Below, one piece after another: positions 59,592 through 64,000 of a stretch of 64,000 bases of DNA. Below the pieces are notes generated by a model that worked only from the letters and a program-made list of their open reading frames with translations, was not told where the DNA came from and did no database searches. Source of the DNA: Polyangiales bacterium (GTDB lineage Bacteria > Myxococcota_A > Polyangia > Polyangiales > Ga0077539); NCBI GenBank assembly GCA_044229975.1, contig JBGARZ010000002.1, positions 1-64,000 on the forward strand. Direction: 5' to 3'. The translations under genes were made by a program, and so were the position numbers. The first letter of the stretch is position 1. Each line of letters begins with the position of its first letter.

Positions 59592-61013
59592 TTGGCCCCC
59601 CCCGACAAAGATAATTCGCGCCTGGACGACTATCGCATCGTCGCCGAGCTGGCGCGGGGCGGGATGGCGGCGGTGTTCCTCGCGGTGTACGAGGGCTCCG
59701 CGCGGCCGCGGGAGATCGTCGCCATCAAGGTGGTGCACCCGCACCTCGCCTACGACCCCGACTTCGTCGCGATGCTCGCCGACGAGGCCCGCATCGCCTC
59801 GTCCATCGGCCACCCCAACGTGGTGGAGATCCGCGAGTTCGTCCTCGGGCGCGCCGACGGTCGCAACTACATCGTGATGGAGTACGCCGACGGCGAGACG
59901 CTCTCGATGTTCTTGAAGCAGGCGGGGCGCGGCAAGCGCGTCGACACTGCCCTCGCGGCGAGCATCGGCGCCGACATCGCCGGCGGCCTCCACGCGGCGC
60001 ACGAGCTGCGCGGTCCCCAGGGTGAGCCCCTCGGGCTGGTGCATCGGGACGTCTCCCCGCAAAACATCATCGTGACCTACGACGGTCGCGTGAAGCTCAC
60101 CGACTTCGGCGTCGCCAAGGCGACGGGTCGCCTCCAGCGCACGCAGCCCGGGGAGATCAAGGGCAAGCTCGCGTACATGGCGCCCGAGCAGGCGTTTGGC
60201 CGCGAGGTCGACCGCCGCTCGGACGTCTACGCGCTCGGCGTGGTGCTCTACGAGCTCGCCCTCGGGCGCCGACTCTTCGGCGGCAAAAACGACGCGGAGA
60301 CCATCCGCAACGTCATGCAGCACAACATCGTCGCGCCGCGCGAAGTCGACCCGTCGTTTCCCGAGGGCCTGGAGCAGATCATCCTCGCGATGCTCACCAA
60401 GGAGCCCAACGACCGCTTCCAGACGGCGGGCGCGGCCGAGCGCGCGCTGCGTGGCTACCTCCGGAGCGTCGGCGCTCCCGACCTCGTCGACACCCTCGGT
60501 GCCTTCGTCCGCGACCTCGACACCGACCGCTACACGGCGAAGCAGGAGCTGCTCCGCCCCGAGCGTGCTCGTCTCCCGCCGCCGCCTGCTCCTCGACCTG
60601 CGCCGAGTCGGGTCTCCCATCCTCCCGCGCAGGTGGTCGAGTCCCGTGCGTCCGAGGTGTCGGACGATGGCCCGACGCTCGTCTCGGGGCAGCTCGAAGA
60701 CGTCATCCGGCGCATGGGCGTGACGCCGCAGTCGTCGGTCCCAGCGGCGCCGAGGCCGTCGTTTCCGCCGCCGTCGCGCCCCAGCGCTCCGCCTCCACCG
60801 CAGCAGGTGCCTGACCATCATCCGGTCGATCGCACGGTGCAGGCGGAGTTCTCTCAGGGACTCATGGAGCAGATCAGGGCCTCGTCGATGCCGCCTCCCA
60901 CGGCGCCGCTCCCGGTCCCGGCACGATCTCGCGTCGGCCTCTGGATCGCCATCGTCGTCGGGCTGCTCGTCATCGCCATCGGCGCGGCGGTGCTCGCCCT
61001 CCTGCTCAGCTAG
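59592..61013 (+). CDS. Ser/Thr protein kinase with C-terminal TM helix
   Basis: GGMAAV, AIK, HRDVSPQN, DFGVAK, GKLAYMAPE. Confidence 0.95.
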   Translation: MAPPDKDNSRLDDYRIVAELARGGMAAVFLAVYEGSARPREIVAIKVVHPHLAYDPDFVAMLADEARIASSIGHPNVVEIREFVLGRADGRNYIVMEYADGETLSMFLKQAGRGKRVDTALAASIGADIAGGLHAAHELRGPQGEPLGLVHRDVSPQNIIVTYDGRVKLTDFGVAKATGRLQRTQPGEIKGKLAYMAPEQAFGREVDRRSDVYALGVVLYELALGRRLFGGKNDAETIRNVMQHNIVAPREVDPSFPEGLEQIILAMLTKEPNDRFQTAGAAERALRGYLRSVGAPDLVDTLGAFVRDLDTDRYTAKQELLRPERARLPPPPAPRPAPSRVSHPPAQVVESRASEVSDDGPTLVSGQLEDVIRRMGVTPQSSVPAAPRPSFPPPSRPSAPPPPQQVPDHHPVDRTVQAEFSQGLMEQIRASSMPPPTAPLPVPARSRVGLWIAIVVGLLVIAIGAAVLALLLS

Positions 61014-61084
61014 CGGCCTCTCTTTACGAGTCCGGGTATTCGCGGTGCCCCCAGTGGGCCTATGCTGTGGTCCACGGAGCGGGC

Positions 61085-62299
61085 ATGGCGACGATCCTCC
61101 ACATCGAAGACGACCCGCAGAGCCGCCTGCTCGTACGCAAGCTGCTCCAGCGCGCGGGCCACGAGGTGTTGGAGGCGGTCTCCGGGGTCGAAGGGACCCG
61201 CGTCGCGATGCACGCGCGGCCCGACCTGATCCTGCTCGACATCAACGTCCCCGACCTCGACGGCTACGAGGTCGCGATGCTGCTGCGCGAGCGGCTGGCC
61301 GAGGTTCCGATCGTGGCGGTGACGGCCGAGGGCGACCGCGCGACGGCGCTGGGCCTCGGGTGCCGCGGGTTCATCGCCAAGCCCATCGAGGTGCGAACCT
61401 TCGTGACGACGGTGGAGTCCTTCCTCGGGGCGCGCGCACACGAAGAGGCCGCGGCGGTCCCCGCGTCGGAGACGAGCTCGGAGGCGCTGCTCCGGGCGCA
61501 GGGCGCGCGGGTCGCGGCCCGCCTGGAGGCGAAGGTCCACGAGCTGAGCGACGCGCACGAGCGCCTGGTCGAGGCCGACCGTCTGCGGCGGGAGTTCTAT
61601 CGCAACGTGAGCCACGAGCTGGCGACGCCGCTCACCCCGATGGTGGGCTACCTCGGGCTCCTCGGGCGGGAGGAGCTCGGGCCGCTCAGCGAGCCGCAGC
61701 GCAAGGCCGTGCGCAACATGGACGGCGCGCTGGCGCGCCTGCGACGCACCATCGACAATCTGCTCGACGTGACCCAGCTCGAGACCGGTCGGCTGCGCTT
61801 CAGCTTCGCGCCGTACGACCTGCGGGACGTGGTGCTCCGCGTCGTCGAGGCTCGCCGCGCGGCGCTGTCGACCCAGGGCGTGGAGCTGTTCACCACGGTT
61901 CCTGACGGCTCGCTGCCTTCGCTCGGCGACGCCGATCGGGTCGGCCGCGCCATCGATCACCTGCTCGACAACGCGGCCAAGTTCGGCGGCGCGAGCGGCG
62001 CCATCGGGGTCGAGCTCCGGTACAGCGCGACGCACGCCGAGCTGCTCGTGGCCGATGCTGGGAGTGGTGTCGCGGCCGGGTGGCTCGCGCGCATCTTCGA
62101 GCCCTTCGTGCAGGTCGACGGATCGCCCACCCGTCGACACGGCGGCGCGGGCATCGGACTCGCGGTGGTGCGTGGCGTCGCCGAAGCCCACGGGGGAGGG
62201 GTCGTGGCCGAGACCGGGTCGCGCATGCGGGTGGCGGGGCGGACGTTCACGGGGCTGCTCGTGCGGCTCCAGGTGTCGCGTCGCCCCGAGGAGCCGTAG
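61085..62299 (+). CDS. Hybrid receiver-histidine kinase
   Basis: N-terminal REC, SHELATPL, LLDNAAKF, DAGSG, GGAGIGL. Confidence 0.93.
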   Translation: MATILHIEDDPQSRLLVRKLLQRAGHEVLEAVSGVEGTRVAMHARPDLILLDINVPDLDGYEVAMLLRERLAEVPIVAVTAEGDRATALGLGCRGFIAKPIEVRTFVTTVESFLGARAHEEAAAVPASETSSEALLRAQGARVAARLEAKVHELSDAHERLVEADRLRREFYRNVSHELATPLTPMVGYLGLLGREELGPLSEPQRKAVRNMDGALARLRRTIDNLLDVTQLETGRLRFSFAPYDLRDVVLRVVEARRAALSTQGVELFTTVPDGSLPSLGDADRVGRAIDHLLDNAAKFGGASGAIGVELRYSATHAELLVADAGSGVAAGWLARIFEPFVQVDGSPTRRHGGAGIGLAVVRGVAEAHGGGVVAETGSRMRVAGRTFTGLLVRLQVSRRPEEP

Positions 62300-62305
62300 C
62301 GTCCC

Positions 62306-63418
62306 GTGCGGGTCTATCTCGACCACCACGCCACCACGCCATTGAGCGTGCGCGCCCGCGACGCGATGCGGCCGTTGTGGGAGGAGGGCTTCGTCGGCAA
62401 CGCGTCGAGCGCGCACCGCGAAGGCCGCCGGATGCGCTCGCTCATCGACGAAGCGCGCAACTCCGTCGCGCGCGCGACAGGCGCCACCGCCCGGTCGTTG
62501 ACCTTCACCTCCGGCGGAACCGAGTCCGCCCACCTCGCCGTGCTCGGTCTCGGTCGCGTCGGTGCGGTCACGTCCCTGTGGTGCGACCCCGGCGCGCACC
62601 CCTGTCTCGTCGCGGCGATGGAGCGCCTCGGCGTCGAGCGTGGCCTCGCGCTCCGCTGGATTCCCACGACGTCAGAAGGCGCGGTCGACGTCGAGGCGTT
62701 GGCGACCGTGGAGCGCGACGCGCTGGTGGCCCTGTCGTGGGTGCAGCACGAGACGGGCGCCGTCACCGACGTCGCCGCGGTGCGGTCGGCGCTGTCGGCG
62801 AGGTGGCTGCTCGACGGGGTGCAGGCGCTGGGGAAGGTCGCGGTGGATGTCTCGACGATTGGCGCAGACGCAGTGACCTTCTCGGCGCACAAGATCGGCG
62901 GACCGCAGGGCGTCGGCGTGCTCTGGGCGGTGGGCGACCTCGCCGCTGTGATGCCCGGTGGTGGTCAGGAGCGCGGGCTGCGCGGCGGAACCGAAAACCT
63001 CCCCGGCATCGTCGGCTTCGGCGCAGCGGCCTCGGAGGTGGGCGACCGCCTCGCCGCGGTGCCGTCCGTGGGCGCACTCCGCGATCGCCTGGAGACGGCC
63101 CTGATCTCGCTGGGCGCGTCGCCTTCGGTGCGCGAGCGGGCGAGGGTGGCGACGGTGAGCCATGTCGCATGGCCCTCGGGCGTGGAGGGCGCGGAGCTGG
63201 TCGCCGCGTTCGATGTGGAGGGCGTCGCGGTGTCGTCGGGCTCGGCATGTTCGAGCGGCCGGGCGCGGGTGTCGGCGTCCATCGCCCGCGCCTATCCAGA
63301 CGAGCCGTGGCGCGCCACGTCGGCGCTGCGCGTGTCGCTCTCGCCCGCGACCACCGAGGCAGAGGTCGACCGGTTCATCGAGGCGGCCAACGTGGTGCTG
63401 CCTCGCTTCGTTCGCTGA
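62306..63418 (+). CDS. Cysteine desulfurase (IscS/NifS group I)
   Basis: YLDHHATTP, FTSGGTES, SAHKIGGPQG, SSGSACSS. Confidence 0.92.
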   Translation: MRVYLDHHATTPLSVRARDAMRPLWEEGFVGNASSAHREGRRMRSLIDEARNSVARATGATARSLTFTSGGTESAHLAVLGLGRVGAVTSLWCDPGAHPCLVAAMERLGVERGLALRWIPTTSEGAVDVEALATVERDALVALSWVQHETGAVTDVAAVRSALSARWLLDGVQALGKVAVDVSTIGADAVTFSAHKIGGPQGVGVLWAVGDLAAVMPGGGQERGLRGGTENLPGIVGFGAAASEVGDRLAAVPSVGALRDRLETALISLGASPSVRERARVATVSHVAWPSGVEGAELVAAFDVEGVAVSSGSACSSGRARVSASIARAYPDEPWRATSALRVSLSPATTEAEVDRFIEAANVVLPRFVR

Positions 63419-63422
63419 CGGG

Positions 63423-63830
63423 TCAGCGCAGGACGATGCGCGCGAAGAAGTCCTGACCGCCGCCGTTGCGAACCAGCACCGAGCGCTCGTTGACGCCCAC
63501 CTCGGTGCCGCACGTGGGGATGACGATGGCGGCGCTGCCGATCTGCTGCGCGACGCTGCCCGTCGGCGCGAAGCCCGCCCAGACCTCGACGGAGGTCGGC
63601 GGTCGCCCGAGCCCGTGGCAGAGGCGCAGCGTCGTGTACTTGGGATAGCTGATGTGCGGGCCCGCCCAGCTGGAGCTGGCCCAGGTGCCGCTCGCGTCGT
63701 CGAAAGAAGCGCCCGGGAGGCCGCCGTCGCACCCGACCTCGACGACCCCATCGCACTGCGCGGGCTCCGTCGGCTCGGCGCACCCGACCGTCACGACGCC
63801 GAGCCACGCGAGCGCGCAGGCACACCTCAC
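63423..63830 (-). CDS. Hypothetical lipoprotein
   Basis: TVGC lipobox; GTGA-coupled to hemB. Confidence 0.65.
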   Translation of the reverse strand: MRCACALAWLGVVTVGCAEPTEPAQCDGVVEVGCDGGLPGASFDDASGTWASSSWAGPHISYPKYTTLRLCHGLGRPPTSVEVWAGFAPTGSVAQQIGSAAIVIPTCGTEVGVNERSVLVRNGGGQDFFARIVLR

Positions 63831-64000
63831 GCGAGCGCCTCGGCGAGGTCGCGTGCGTGGTAGGTCACGATGATGTCCGCGCCCGCGCGGCGGATGGAGG
63901 TCAGCGTCTCGCGCACCGCGCGGTGCAGGTCGATCCAGCCGTTTTGCGCGGCGGCGTGGAGCATCGCGTACTCGCCCGACACGTTGTAGGCGGCGACCGG
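63827..64000 (-). CDS. hemB: Porphobilinogen synthase, 3' end (truncated by window)
   Basis: Own translation: [24 protein letters not shown]…[15 protein letters not shown]…*. Confidence 0.95.
   Translation of the reverse strand, partial: PVAAYNVSGEYAMLHAAAQNGWIDLHRAVRETLTSIRRAGADIIVTYHARDLAEALA

Overview
High-GC chromosomal region from a myxobacterium (Myxococcota, inferred from romR, romX, an AgmX-type domain, Ser/Thr kinases and a TraB-like OmpA protein). It is mostly core genome: the 3' end of 5S rRNA, tRNA-Lys, cyaY, a MoxR/vWA pair, dacB, purH, romX-rluD, purF, alr-mlaE-mlaF, thiolase/hbd/crotonase, tRNA-Asp, valS-romR, a cysteine desulfurase and the 3' end of hemB. A ~15 kb surface-glycan modification cluster (29.3-44.4 kb) carries two outward-facing methyltransferase-asnB cassettes. 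I saw no CRISPR array, transposase or integrase. The best candidate for an undescribed system is a ~230-nt, hand-folded, highly base-paired non-coding element (9913-10145). It contains an internal 13-nt direct repeat and competing helices, lies directly upstream of a small Cys/His-motif + sigma70-region-4-only protein, and lies downstream of an inverted pair of -35-like TTGAC half-sites. Other oddities: the cyaY stop codon falls in the tRNA-Lys acceptor stem, an outer-membrane barrel gene is frameshifted in its signal peptide, a HARE-HTH/disordered/degenerate-Mrr protein is present, and many genes look leaderless. All calls come from motif recognition by eye; no searches were run.
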